This document shows, piece after piece, positions 1 to 8,822 of a DNA stretch of 64,000 nucleotides. The DNA is from Acidobacteriota bacterium (GTDB lineage Bacteria; Acidobacteriota; UBA890; WLXD01). The first letter of the stretch is position 1. Every line of letters begins with the position of its first letter. Under the pieces are notes generated by a model. It did not search any database and was not told the DNA's origin. It worked only from the letters and a program-made list of their open reading frames with translations. The position numbers were made by a program, and so were the translations under genes. Location of the stretch: the NCBI GenBank assembly GCA_965248695.1, contig CBDFKD010000002.1:3200001-3264000 (forward strand), written 5' to 3'.

Positions 1-722
1 AGCGAGGCCGGAAACGGCCATGGCTGCGAGCTGGCATAGCGCACCTCCCGGCACACGATGCCGGACTCCTCCAGCACCTCGCGGCGCACGGAGTCTTCGA
101 GGCTTTCGCCGGGCTCGACGAAACCGGCGAGCACCGAGTACCAGCGTTTCGGCCACGCTGCCTGGCGGCCGAGGAGTATGCGGTCGTCGTGCACGACGCG
201 CACGATGATCGCCGGGTCGGTGCGCGGAAAGTGTTGTCGGGCGCATTCGGGGTCGCCACAGCGTCGCAGCCACCCACCTTGGAGCGAATCGGCGGCGGCA
301 CCGCAAGCGCCACAGAACCGATGCGTGGCGTGCCAGTGGGACACCGCACGCGCGTAGGCCAGCCAGCCGGCATCAGGCGATGTCATCATGGGACCGACTT
401 GGCGCAGGTCGGCGAAGGCGCCGCCCTCGAGCCGTCCGACATCTGGCTCTGGTGTGTCGGGCAGCAACACGGCAAAACAGGCCCGATCGCCATCGGCCAG
501 ACCCAGGAAGACGGTTTCATCCAGCGGCAGGTCGAGCGAAAGATCTGCCACGTGCAGCAGGGCTGCGACCGGATTGTCGGCGCCGATCACCAGGCTCTGA
601 CCACGCCAGACCGGCACCAGCACCGACGTCGGATCGTCTAGCCGGCGCTGCAGCCAGTCTGCGTCCAGGCGCAGATGCGCGGCGCGATCGATCCAGGAGC
701 TCGAATAGAAGTGCTGTGTCAC
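1..722 (-). CDS. nudC: NAD(+) diphosphatase / NADH pyrophosphatase (Nudix), 3' end runs off the window
   Basis: Not in the ORF track because no stop lies inside the window. Manual translation from GTG at 722 gives MTQHFYSSSWIDRAAHLRLD..., the Nudix box YSVLAGFVEPGESLEDSVRREVLEESG and the NudC signature SQPWPFPAS at the window edge. Confidence 0.9.
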   Translation of the reverse strand, partial: MTQHFYSSSWIDRAAHLRLDADWLQRRLDDPTSVLVPVWRGQSLVIGADNPVAALLHVADLSLDLPLDETVFLGLADGDRACFAVLLPDTPEPDVGRLEGGAFADLRQVGPMMTSPDAGWLAYARAVSHWHATHRFCGACGAAADSLQGGWLRRCGDPECARQHFPRTDPAIIVRVVHDDRILLGRQAAWPKRWYSVLAGFVEPGESLEDSVRREVLEESGIVCREVRYASSQPWPFPAS

Positions 723-741
723 ATGCCCTATGGTACCCGCC

Positions 742-1893
742 ATGCCCACCTACCCTGGTGTAGCTCGCTCGGTGACCGGCATGGAGGGCTCGCTGTTCTC
801 CAAGCTGGCTCATCGTCTCAAGCAGATGAAAGGCGATGTATACCCACTCCACGTCGGCGACACGTGGATGGAGCCCGCCGAGGGCTGCCGCATGCAGGAT
901 CTGCGGGTAGACGACCACCCCGGTATGCATCGCTATTCGTCGCCGCACGGGATGCCGCGGCTTATCTCGGGTGTGGTTGAGCGACAACGGGCGCGGGTCG
1001 GGGTCGAGACGACGCCTGCCAACGTGCTCATCGCCGCCGGCGCCACGGGTGCGCTGGGCGCGGCGGTCGGAGCGACCGTCGATCCGGGCGAGGAGGTCCT
1101 GCTTCTGGCGCCATACTGGCCGCTGTTCGCCGGGATCGTCCAGTCGTTCTCGGGAAAGCCGGTAGCGGTGCCGTTCATCGGGCTCGCCGAGTCCCCGGAG
1201 GCTGCAGTCGAGGTCCTCGAGACCAAGCGCTCCGCCCGCTCGGCGGCAATCTACCTGAGCACGCCAAACAATCCGACCGGCCGCGTGATCTCGGCACCGA
1301 TTGTCGCGGCGGTGGTCGAGTGGGCGAGACGCCATGATCTGTGGATCTTCGCTGACGAGGTGTATGAGGACTACGTCTACCGTGGCGAGCATTGCTACGC
1401 GCGCACCCTGGCGCCGGAGCGCACGTTTTCGGTGCACTCGTTCTCCAAAGCGTACGGAATGGCGGGCAACCGTTGTGGCTATGTCGTGGGTCCGGCAGAG
1501 CACATGCGGGAGGTGCGCAAGGTGAGCCTGCACAGCTTCTACAGCACACCCACGGCGTCGCAGATCGCGGCGGCGAACGCCCTCGACGGGCGCGGCGATG
1601 CCTGGGTTGCCGCCGCCAGGCCCGTGTATCGCGAGCTGGGTGACGAGATGGCCGCAGTGCTCGGCGTGACGCCGCCCGAAGGGAGCCAGTTCCTTTGGGT
1701 CGACGTCGCCGACCGACTCGACGAGCGTGGCCTGATGGGCTTCCTCGAGGACTGTCTCGACGACGGTGTGCTGGTGGCCCCGGGGCCCAGCTTCGGCCCC
1801 TATCCGACCCACGTCCGCGTCTGCTTTACGGCCGCCGCCCCCGAGCGCACGCGGCGCGGCATGCAGATACTGGCGCGGCACCTCGGCAGATAG
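742..1893 (+). CDS. PLP-dependent aminotransferase class I/II
   Basis: Motifs PNNPTG, DEVY, SFSKAYGMAGNRCGY (PLP lysine) and RVCF. Start 742 is preferred over 730 because TATGGT lies 7 nt upstream. Confidence 0.88.
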   Translation: MPTYPGVARSVTGMEGSLFSKLAHRLKQMKGDVYPLHVGDTWMEPAEGCRMQDLRVDDHPGMHRYSSPHGMPRLISGVVERQRARVGVETTPANVLIAAGATGALGAAVGATVDPGEEVLLLAPYWPLFAGIVQSFSGKPVAVPFIGLAESPEAAVEVLETKRSARSAAIYLSTPNNPTGRVISAPIVAAVVEWARRHDLWIFADEVYEDYVYRGEHCYARTLAPERTFSVHSFSKAYGMAGNRCGYVVGPAEHMREVRKVSLHSFYSTPTASQIAAANALDGRGDAWVAAARPVYRELGDEMAAVLGVTPPEGSQFLWVDVADRLDERGLMGFLEDCLDDGVLVAPGPSFGPYPTHVRVCFTAAAPERTRRGMQILARHLGR

Positions 1894-1920
1894 CCGGGCG
1901 GGAGTAGCCTCGGCAGATCG

Positions 1921-3186
1921 TCAGAAACTGAATCCGAGGCCAAAGTGCACCCGGGTATCGCCCTCGAGGTTGTTGGCAACGTCGAGGTTCAGGCGCACCA
2001 AGGGCGCCACCAGAAAAACGCCCGCTCCAACGCCGTTCTCGAACTGGGCCCGTGATATCGGCAGTCCATAGGAATAGGCCGTCGCGATGTCCCAGAAGAC
2101 GCTGAAGCCAACGCGGGCGACGCTGAACGACGTAGTCACCGGGACGCGGATCTCGGCACCTCCGAACGCCACGTTGTCGCCGCCCAGCGCCCCGGCTCGA
2201 TACCCCCGCAACGACACCATGCCACCCACGTACGGTCGCTCGTAGGCCGGCAGGGGGGCATCGGTCGTATGCAAGACCGCGCGCGTCGCCAGCACCGCCT
2301 GACCGACGAGCGTCTTGTAGGTGGCGAGCTCGAATCGGAATCGATTCGCATCCGCGCCCGTCGCCGGATCGACGCGCTGCCAACCAACGCGGGCGACCAC
2401 TGCATCGTAGGGAAACGAGACGTTGGGACGTGTGTCGAAGCTGAGTCCGGCCCCGTAGGTCCACAAGCTCTCGCTCACACCTCCGAACTCGACATCGGCA
2501 TACGCGCCCTCGAATCGAGCCCTCACGGCGTCGCTGAAGCGGCGCTCGACGAACACCGCGCCCCCGAGACGAGTGTCGTCGACGCGAGCGTGTGGGTTCT
2601 CGAACCGTCGGGCGCTCACTGTGCCTCCGACTCGATAGCCGCTGTCCCAGTCGCGCGTCACTTCGATCGCCACCTGGTCGACGCCGCCGTAGGTCACCGG
2701 AATGGAGATCAGCTCGCCACCACCGAGCAGGCTCTTGGCGGCGACGCGGCCGCCAAAGCTGAATTTCTCGTTCTCGTTGTACAGCAGCTCCGGCAGCAGC
2801 AGCAGCTTGTCGCTAGCCGAAGTCCGCTGCTGAACCGACAACACCAGCATCACGCGGTCGGTCGGGGTCAGCGACCGATAACGTCTGAGCACCTCGACCG
2901 CGCCGAAACGACCGCTGTCGAGAAGCCGCTGTCTGATGCCTGCCACATCCGCCACCGTGACGCGGTCACCCACCACAACGCCCGCTATTAGCAGCACCTC
3001 CTCATCGGACAGCGAGTAGTTGCCGTGGACACGCAACTCCACCACCAGCTCCGACGGTGGCGTGGTCGTCGCCTGTGAGATTGCCGGCAGCGCCGGACTC
3101 AGCGCCGCCGCTGTCGTCAGGAGCAGCGACCCGAGTCGTCGCGTCCGGCCGCCGCGTCGCACCGTTAAGCCGACGCTATCGACCAT
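1921..3186 (-). CDS. Omp85 (BamA/TamA-like) outer-membrane protein with a single POTRA domain
   Basis: Signal-like N-terminus, POTRA-like segment (VHGNYSLSDEEVL...LLDSGRF), amphipathic beta strands, SLRGY motif, C-terminal FGLGFSF. Start trimmed to ATG 3186. Confidence 0.8.
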   Translation of the reverse strand: MVDSVGLTVRRGGRTRRLGSLLLTTAAALSPALPAISQATTTPPSELVVELRVHGNYSLSDEEVLLIAGVVVGDRVTVADVAGIRQRLLDSGRFGAVEVLRRYRSLTPTDRVMLVLSVQQRTSASDKLLLLPELLYNENEKFSFGGRVAAKSLLGGGELISIPVTYGGVDQVAIEVTRDWDSGYRVGGTVSARRFENPHARVDDTRLGGAVFVERRFSDAVRARFEGAYADVEFGGVSESLWTYGAGLSFDTRPNVSFPYDAVVARVGWQRVDPATGADANRFRFELATYKTLVGQAVLATRAVLHTTDAPLPAYERPYVGGMVSLRGYRAGALGGDNVAFGGAEIRVPVTTSFSVARVGFSVFWDIATAYSYGLPISRAQFENGVGAGVFLVAPLVRLNLDVANNLEGDTRVHFGLGFSF

Positions 3187-4150
3187 CCTGTTGCTCCAGG
3201 CCCGGGATACGGAACCTGACCGTCGCAGCGACGTCGGCCTCCCGGTAGTCGAAGTACTCGAGCGCGTAGCCGATGTCGTACGAGCCATTGGCGAACGTCG
3301 CCTCTCCCAGGGCGTGGATCTCCCGAGGCAACCAGACGTCCTCCTCCGGAAACGGCTTGTGCATGACCATCTCGGCACCGATGTCGCCAACCTGCACCAG
3401 CCACCGCAGCGGCATGAAATCGAGCCCGATGTTGTCGTAGGCGATCTTGATGATCTGGTGCTCTTCGGCGAGCACCCACATGGTCACTACCGAGGTCTTC
3501 TGGAACCGGTGCGCCCATTCGAGGTCGTCGTCGTCGGGTTCCTCCTCGTCATCGTCCTCGAAGAGCTTCTTCGGGTAGTACTCGATCTTCACGAGGTTCA
3601 TGCCCTCGAACTCCTCCCAGCCGGCCACGTAGTAGTTACCCGGCTCGAACGGGAATCCGAGAAAGTAATCGCGCTCGAGCGCCTGCTCGTCGCCCGACTC
3701 GGCGGCGTCGGCGCGCTCCTGACGCTTCTCGGCGCGCTTCTCCTGACGCTCCCGAGCGCGACGCAGCCAGTCGCGCTCGAACTTCTCGCGCTCGTCGTCG
3801 CCGACCGAATGTCCGTCGATCCGGTCGGGGCTGCGAATCATGAAGCCGTCGCGCACGTACCACGTGTACTCGCCCCGATAACTGCCCAGGGGCACCGCAG
3901 CCGGACCCGTGACCTCGAAGCTCTCACGGTCGCGGACGGTATAGCGGTAGAGGTCCTCCCAGTTGGTCACCCGCCGCTCGAGGACCTTTTGCATGAACAG
4001 ATCGATATCCGGCTCCTGCTGCGCCGGTGCCGTCGTGACGGCGGAGGCAGGCGTCAGCGCTGCCATGACCACGGCGGACAACGTCAGCGTCGTCATCACG
4101 AGGCTGGCCGCCGGCGTCGCCCTGGAAGTGGTGCTCCCAAGGAGCGTCAT
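3176..4150 (-). CDS. Hypothetical secreted protein, overlapping the Omp85 gene by 11 bp
   Basis: GGAGG RBS at 4156-4160, hydrophobic signal peptide, acidic beta-rich body. Confidence 0.75.
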   Translation of the reverse strand: MTLLGSTTSRATPAASLVMTTLTLSAVVMAALTPASAVTTAPAQQEPDIDLFMQKVLERRVTNWEDLYRYTVRDRESFEVTGPAAVPLGSYRGEYTWYVRDGFMIRSPDRIDGHSVGDDEREKFERDWLRRARERQEKRAEKRQERADAAESGDEQALERDYFLGFPFEPGNYYVAGWEEFEGMNLVKIEYYPKKLFEDDDEEEPDDDDLEWAHRFQKTSVVTMWVLAEEHQIIKIAYDNIGLDFMPLRWLVQVGDIGAEMVMHKPFPEEDVWLPREIHALGEATFANGSYDIGYALEYFDYREADVAATVRFRIPGLEQQDGR

Positions 4151-4184
4151 GTGAACCTCCGCGAGATTCGGGACTCGTCAGAAC

Positions 4185-4209
4185 TACGAACGGTGCGCGG
4201 AGAGGTTTC
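4185..4209 (-). promoter_or_regulatory. Putative ECF sigma promoter GAAACC-N15-CGTA for the secreted protein/Omp85 pair
   Basis: AAC and CGT elements with ECF-like spacing, about 35 nt upstream of ATG 4150. Confidence 0.4.
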
Positions 4210-4280
4210 GGCGCACCCCGGGACCATGTTCGCGCGAATCAGCCCGCTGAGCACGTCCTCGTGGCGTACTCGGTCCGGGG

Positions 4281-4315
4281 TGCTATTAATTTAGCAGTAC
4301 GCTATTTTTCTAACA
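4281..4315. promoter_or_regulatory. Palindromic operator TGCTA-N6-TAGCA plus a degenerate second copy
   Basis: TGCTATTAATTTAGCA (4281-4296) and CGCTATTTTTCTAACA (4300-4315), an AT-rich patch in a divergent intergenic region. Confidence 0.55.
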
Positions 4316-4373
4316 CTACGGGGGGTTTCCGTTACCCGGCACCACGTGGCCTGGTCCATCCGCCCTCGATCCC

Positions 4374-4409
4374 TTGCCTGGAGAGCCGCAATTGCCTGGA
4401 GAGCCGCAA
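4374..4409 (+). repeat. Perfect 18-bp tandem duplication spanning the RBS of the HEAT-repeat gene
   Basis: TTGCCTGGAGAGCCGCAA at 4374-4391 and 4392-4409. Confidence 0.9.
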
Positions 4410-5479
4410 TGCGAAACGCAATCGTCCGCCTCGGCGCGCCTACCGCCATCATCTTCCTGATGGGATCTGCGCCGGCGCCTGGCTTCCACACCCTCGAGCT
4501 GGCGGCGGAACGGGTGTCCGACGACGAACGTACTTCGCTGGGGCAGCACCGACAGCGAAGACGCGCCGACTACGACCTGAACGAGCTCCGCGTCATGCTG
4601 ACGAGCAGCGACGCCGCCGAGCGCGCGCTGGGCGCGTGCCGGCTCGGCGACATGCGCTCGCGCGGCGCAGCGTTGATATCGGACCTGGTCGGGCTGCTGG
4701 CCGATGACACCCTGCTCACTCGTCACCCGTGCCGCGAAGACGAGGGTCGCGGCTACGGCAGCTCCGACGACAGCTGCGAGGACGGAGACTGCTGGCGCTA
4801 CACATCACCAGGGAAGGAAGCGGCGATTGCCCTGGCCGATATAGGCGGACCCGCCCTCGACGCGCTCATCGGCGCGCTCGATAGCAGAAGTGCCATCGTG
4901 CGACACAACGGCGCCCTCGGGCTCGGCCTCCTGGAGCAGAGGCGCGCCATCGAGCCGCTTGCAGACGCCCTGCAAGACGCCGAGGGCCGTGTACGCGCGC
5001 GCGTCGCATGGGCCCTCGGCATGATCGAGAGTGCCGACGGCGTTGCGGCGCTCGCTGCGGCCGCGGACGATCCGGAACCGAAAGTGCGTGAACAGGTTGC
5101 CTGGGCACTGGGCATGATCGAGAGTCGCAGGGGGGTTGACTCCGCGTCGACCCTGCTGGCGGACGACGATGCCGGAGTGCGGGAGCACGCGGCGTGGGCA
5201 CTGGGAATGATCGAGAGTCGCGACGCGGTAGCGGCACTGGTCAGGGCGCTAGGCACGGACGCGCACGCCGGGGTGCGCGAGCAAGCCGCCTGGGCGCTGG
5301 GAATGATCGATCCCAGCGCCGCGGCAGCGCTCGCGGACGCGCTCGAGGATGAGGACGTCGGGGTCCGCCGCCAGGCGATCTGGGCCCTGGGGATGGTGCT
5401 CGACGACGGCGACATCGACATCGACTATGCCGCCCTTTCGGACCGACTCCGTCGCGCGCTCGGACTCTCCCAACGCTAG
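4409..5479 (+). CDS. HEAT (PBS lyase-like) repeat protein, probably exported
   Basis: About five VRxxAAWALGMI-like repeats; GGAGA RBS before ATG 4409; hydrophobic N-terminus. Confidence 0.85.
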   Translation: MRNAIVRLGAPTAIIFLMGSAPAPGFHTLELAAERVSDDERTSLGQHRQRRRADYDLNELRVMLTSSDAAERALGACRLGDMRSRGAALISDLVGLLADDTLLTRHPCREDEGRGYGSSDDSCEDGDCWRYTSPGKEAAIALADIGGPALDALIGALDSRSAIVRHNGALGLGLLEQRRAIEPLADALQDAEGRVRARVAWALGMIESADGVAALAAAADDPEPKVREQVAWALGMIESRRGVDSASTLLADDDAGVREHAAWALGMIESRDAVAALVRALGTDAHAGVREQAAWALGMIDPSAAAALADALEDEDVGVRRQAIWALGMVLDDGDIDIDYAALSDRLRRALGLSQR

Positions 5480-5539
5480 TGGCCTGCCGCCTGGTTCGGG
5501 ATGCGGCACCGGATCGCTCCGGGGTGCTATAACAGTGGG

Positions 5540-6199
5540 ATGGGCAACGACGACGAAGGTCAAGCGGCAACGCGCCTGCCCGAGGTGTTGCCCATATTCC
5601 CGCTCTCGTCGGCGCTACTGCTTCCTGGATGCCGGCTGCCGCTGCGCATCTTCGAGCCGCGCTACCAGCAGATGGTCGAGGACGCCTTGGCGGGCGACCG
5701 GCTCATCGGGATGATCCAGCCGAGCAGTGCGGTGGCCGACGAGGCCGAGCCGAACCTGCAGTCGGTGGGTTGTGCCGGCCGCATCGCCTCGCTCAAGGAG
5801 GCCGAAGGAGGCCACTTCTTGATCAGCCTCGTCGGCGTATCGCGTTTCGAGGTCATTCGCGAGGTGGCTTCGGATCGACTCTACCGCCTCGTCGAGCCGC
5901 GCTGGGAACGCTTCACCTATGACACCGGCAGCACCCGGCCGGCAGCGATCGACCGCGAGGTGCTGGTGGCCAACCTGCGCGCGTACTTCGAAACCTACGG
6001 GCTGGAGGCTAACTGGCGAGCCATCGACGACAGCGGTGATGAGGAGTTGGTCAACTCCCTCGCCATGGTGTGTCCATTCGACAACGCAGAGAAGCAAGCG
6101 CTGCTCGAAGCACCGAGCCTGGAGCAGCGCAGCCAGCTGGTGATCGCGCTAATGAACATGGCGCTCCTGCAGGGCGGCGACTCGAGCACCGTGCACTGA
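5540..6199 (+). CDS. LON peptidase substrate-binding (N-terminal) domain protein
   Basis: LPIFPLSSALLLPGCRLPLRIFEPRYQQMV, GCAGRI, EKQALLEA; no AAA+ or protease domain. Confidence 0.88.
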   Translation: MGNDDEGQAATRLPEVLPIFPLSSALLLPGCRLPLRIFEPRYQQMVEDALAGDRLIGMIQPSSAVADEAEPNLQSVGCAGRIASLKEAEGGHFLISLVGVSRFEVIREVASDRLYRLVEPRWERFTYDTGSTRPAAIDREVLVANLRAYFETYGLEANWRAIDDSGDEELVNSLAMVCPFDNAEKQALLEAPSLEQRSQLVIALMNMALLQGGDSSTVH

Positions 6200-6729
6200 T
6201 GGGGCTGTTCGAGTGGGTTACCGGGCGCGCCGCGCGACCACAGGCCGACGACGCCGATGTCGAGACAGTGCGGCGCATCGCCCGTGAGCTCGATGAGATC
6301 GAGCCAGCGCAGGCGTGCTACGTGGCGTGTTTCGCCTACATCCTCGGCCGCGTGGCGCACGCCGATCTGAACATCAGCGACGACGAGACGCGTGCCATGG
6401 AAGCGTTGATCTGCGAGCGCGGCGGCTTGCCAGCTGACCAAGCCGCGCTGGTGGCGGCGATGGCCAAGCAACACAACGAGCTGTTCGGGGGGACCGAGAA
6501 CTTCCTGGTAACCCGGGAGTTCGAGCGTCTGGCGCAACGCGACCAGAAGTTGGCGCTACTCGACTGCCTGTTCGCGGTCTCGGCAAGCGACGGTTCGGTG
6601 TCCAGCGACGAGGACACCGAGGTGCGCAAGATTACCTCCGAGCTCAAGCTCGACCACCGGGACTTCATCGCAGCGCGATCGCGCTACCTGGAGCACCTCG
6701 AGGTGCTGAAGGACGAAACCGGGCCGTAG
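6199..6729 (+). CDS. TerB family (tellurite resistance-like) protein
   Basis: ATG overlaps the upstream TGA; RVAHADLNISDDE and LFAVSASDGSVSSDE are the two TerB-like motifs. Confidence 0.8.
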   Translation: MGLFEWVTGRAARPQADDADVETVRRIARELDEIEPAQACYVACFAYILGRVAHADLNISDDETRAMEALICERGGLPADQAALVAAMAKQHNELFGGTENFLVTREFERLAQRDQKLALLDCLFAVSASDGSVSSDEDTEVRKITSELKLDHRDFIAARSRYLEHLEVLKDETGP

Positions 6730-6747
6730 CAGCCCGTAGCAGGCCGT

Positions 6748-8532
6748 ATGCAACTCGCTCCGCTCGACCTGGCGATTGTGATCGCTTCCCTGGCGCTGTC
6801 GCTGTCCATCGGGGTGGCGGTAGCACGCCGAGCCGGCTCGAGCTCGGGCGAGTTCTTCCTGTCGGGGCGAAACATGCCGTGGTGGCTGCTCGGCGTGTCG
6901 ATGGTGGCGACGACGTTCTCCACCGACACACCCAATCTGGTTACCGACATCGTGCGCACCAACGGGGTCGCTGGCAACTGGGTGTGGTGGGCATTCTTGC
7001 TGACCGGCATGCTCACCACGTTCGTGTACGCGCGGCTATGGCGGCGCTCGGGTGTAGAAACCGACATCGCGTTCTACGAGATCCGCTACTCCGGCCGCGC
7101 GGCGGCCTTCCTGCGCGGGTTCCGGGCAATGTATCTCGGCGTGTTCTTCAACGTCATGATCATGGCCTCGGTGACGCTCGCTGCGATCAAGATCGGCGGC
7201 GTGATGCTGGGCCTCAGCCCCGCCAGCACGGTGTTGATCGCCGGGTCCGTGACCTTGGTCTACGCCATGCTGGGCGGCTTGACCGGCGTGATCCTCACCG
7301 ACTTCGTGCAGTTCGTCATGGCGCTCCTCGGGTCGTTCGCCGCCGCTTGGTACGCGCTGCAACGACCCGAGGTGGGAGGCCTCAGCGCCCTCCTTGCGCA
7401 CCCCGACGTGACCCCCAAGCTCGGGCTGGTGCCGGATTTCTCCGATCCCTCGTTGGCAGTCGGGATCTTCGTCGTACCGCTGGCGGTGCAGTGGTGGGCC
7501 ACCTGGTACCCGGGTGCCGAGCCCGGTGGCGGCGGCTACATCGCGCAGCGCATGTTGGCAGCCAAGGACGAAGCTCACGCGCAAGGGGCAACGCTGCTGT
7601 TCAACGTCGCCCACTACGCGCTGCGTCCGTGGCCCTGGATTCTGGTCGCGTTGGCCTCGATCGTCGTGTTCCCCGACCTCGATTCGCTGCGCGAAGCGTT
7701 CCCCGACGTCGATCCGAGCGTGGTGCGACACGATCTCGCGTATCCGGCGATGCTGACATTTCTGCCAACAGGGCTGCTGGGCCTCGTCGTCGCGTCGCTG
7801 GTAGCAGCGTACATGTCGACGATCTCGACGCATCTCAATTGGGGCGCCTCGTACATCGTCAACGACTGGTACCGGCGCTTCGTGCGACCGGATGCTTCCG
7901 AGCGGCGACTGGTGCTCGTCGGGCGTGTGTCGACTGCGGCTCTGATGATTGCCGCCTGCCTGGTCTCGCTGCTGCTGTCGAATGCGCTGCAGGCGTTCCA
8001 GATCCTGCTACAGATCGGTGCCGGTACTGGCCTGCTGTTCATCCTCCGATGGTTCTGGTGGCGGATCAGCGCCGCCAGCGAGCTGGCGGCGATGACGATC
8101 TCGTTCGCTGTGGCGGCCTGGTTCCAGTTCGCACACGAGGGCGTGTTCGGCGGCGTGCCCGATCCACATCAGCAGCTGCTGGCCGGCGTGGCCATCACCA
8201 CGGTCGGGTGGTTGCTGGTCACGGTGCTGACCGCGCCCACCGACGAGACAACGCTGCGCTCGTTCTATCGGCAGATCCGACCCGGCGGACGTGGTTGGGC
8301 CGCCGTCGTCGAACGCGCCGCAGCAGACGGCGAGTCGCTCGAGACGGTGGACACCGCGGCGGCTTCCTTCCCGACCGCCTTGAGCTGCATGCTGCTGGGG
8401 TCGGCGGCCGTCTACGCCACGCTGTTCTCGATCGGTTACCTGCTCTACGGCCGTCCCGGCCTCGCCCTCATGCTTGCCGTGCCGGCCGTGGGCGCCACCG
8501 TCGCCATCACGCGCCTGTGGCGGCGGCTCTAG
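6748..8532 (+). CDS. Sodium:solute symporter (SSS) family transporter
   Basis: EFFLSGRNMPWW, GGLTGVILTDFVQ, QRMLAAKDE, AAYMST; many TM helices. Confidence 0.92.
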   Translation: MQLAPLDLAIVIASLALSLSIGVAVARRAGSSSGEFFLSGRNMPWWLLGVSMVATTFSTDTPNLVTDIVRTNGVAGNWVWWAFLLTGMLTTFVYARLWRRSGVETDIAFYEIRYSGRAAAFLRGFRAMYLGVFFNVMIMASVTLAAIKIGGVMLGLSPASTVLIAGSVTLVYAMLGGLTGVILTDFVQFVMALLGSFAAAWYALQRPEVGGLSALLAHPDVTPKLGLVPDFSDPSLAVGIFVVPLAVQWWATWYPGAEPGGGGYIAQRMLAAKDEAHAQGATLLFNVAHYALRPWPWILVALASIVVFPDLDSLREAFPDVDPSVVRHDLAYPAMLTFLPTGLLGLVVASLVAAYMSTISTHLNWGASYIVNDWYRRFVRPDASERRLVLVGRVSTAALMIAACLVSLLLSNALQAFQILLQIGAGTGLLFILRWFWWRISAASELAAMTISFAVAAWFQFAHEGVFGGVPDPHQQLLAGVAITTVGWLLVTVLTAPTDETTLRSFYRQIRPGGRGWAAVVERAAADGESLETVDTAAASFPTALSCMLLGSAAVYATLFSIGYLLYGRPGLALMLAVPAVGATVAITRLWRRL

Positions 8533-8592
8533 GGAGGCCGCTGTCCGGAAGCATCGGGTGGAGCGTCGTGGCGGAACCGGCGACGGCGGCGC

Positions 8593-8621
8593 TAGACAGT
8601 TCCGCGCACCAGCGGTAAGGT
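8593..8621 (+). promoter_or_regulatory. Sigma70-like promoter TAGACA-N17-TAAGGT upstream of the MATE gene
   Basis: Near-consensus -35 and -10 with exact 17-bp spacing; implies a leader of about 195 nt. Confidence 0.45.
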
Positions 8622-8822
8622 CTGACCATCTCGACCCGTTCCATCTCACGGGGTCTTGCCAATGAGAACGCGCGTACCCGAGCACAGCCAACAACCGTAA
8701 CGCTGGCGAGCTGATCGCCTGCGCCCTTCATGCGGCGCCGGCGCCATCCACACATCGCCCGCGCTCTTCTACGGTCTGGTCGCGCCCGCTTCTCTACTAA
8801 CCCTCCTCGCCGGAGACTACCC

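Noticed and set aside
4990-5400. Periodic DNA repeats (TGGGC.CT.GG.ATGATCGA) resembling a CRISPR or tandem array
   Set aside because: They are the codons of the HEAT repeats (WALGMI), vary at third positions and lie within a CDS; no cas genes are present.
3020-8618. Long alternative-frame and antisense ORFs (3020-4294, 6879-8618 and many similar ones across the window)
   Set aside because: They overlap well-supported genes, are Arg/Ala/Pro-rich with no motifs, and are expected shadows in high-GC DNA.
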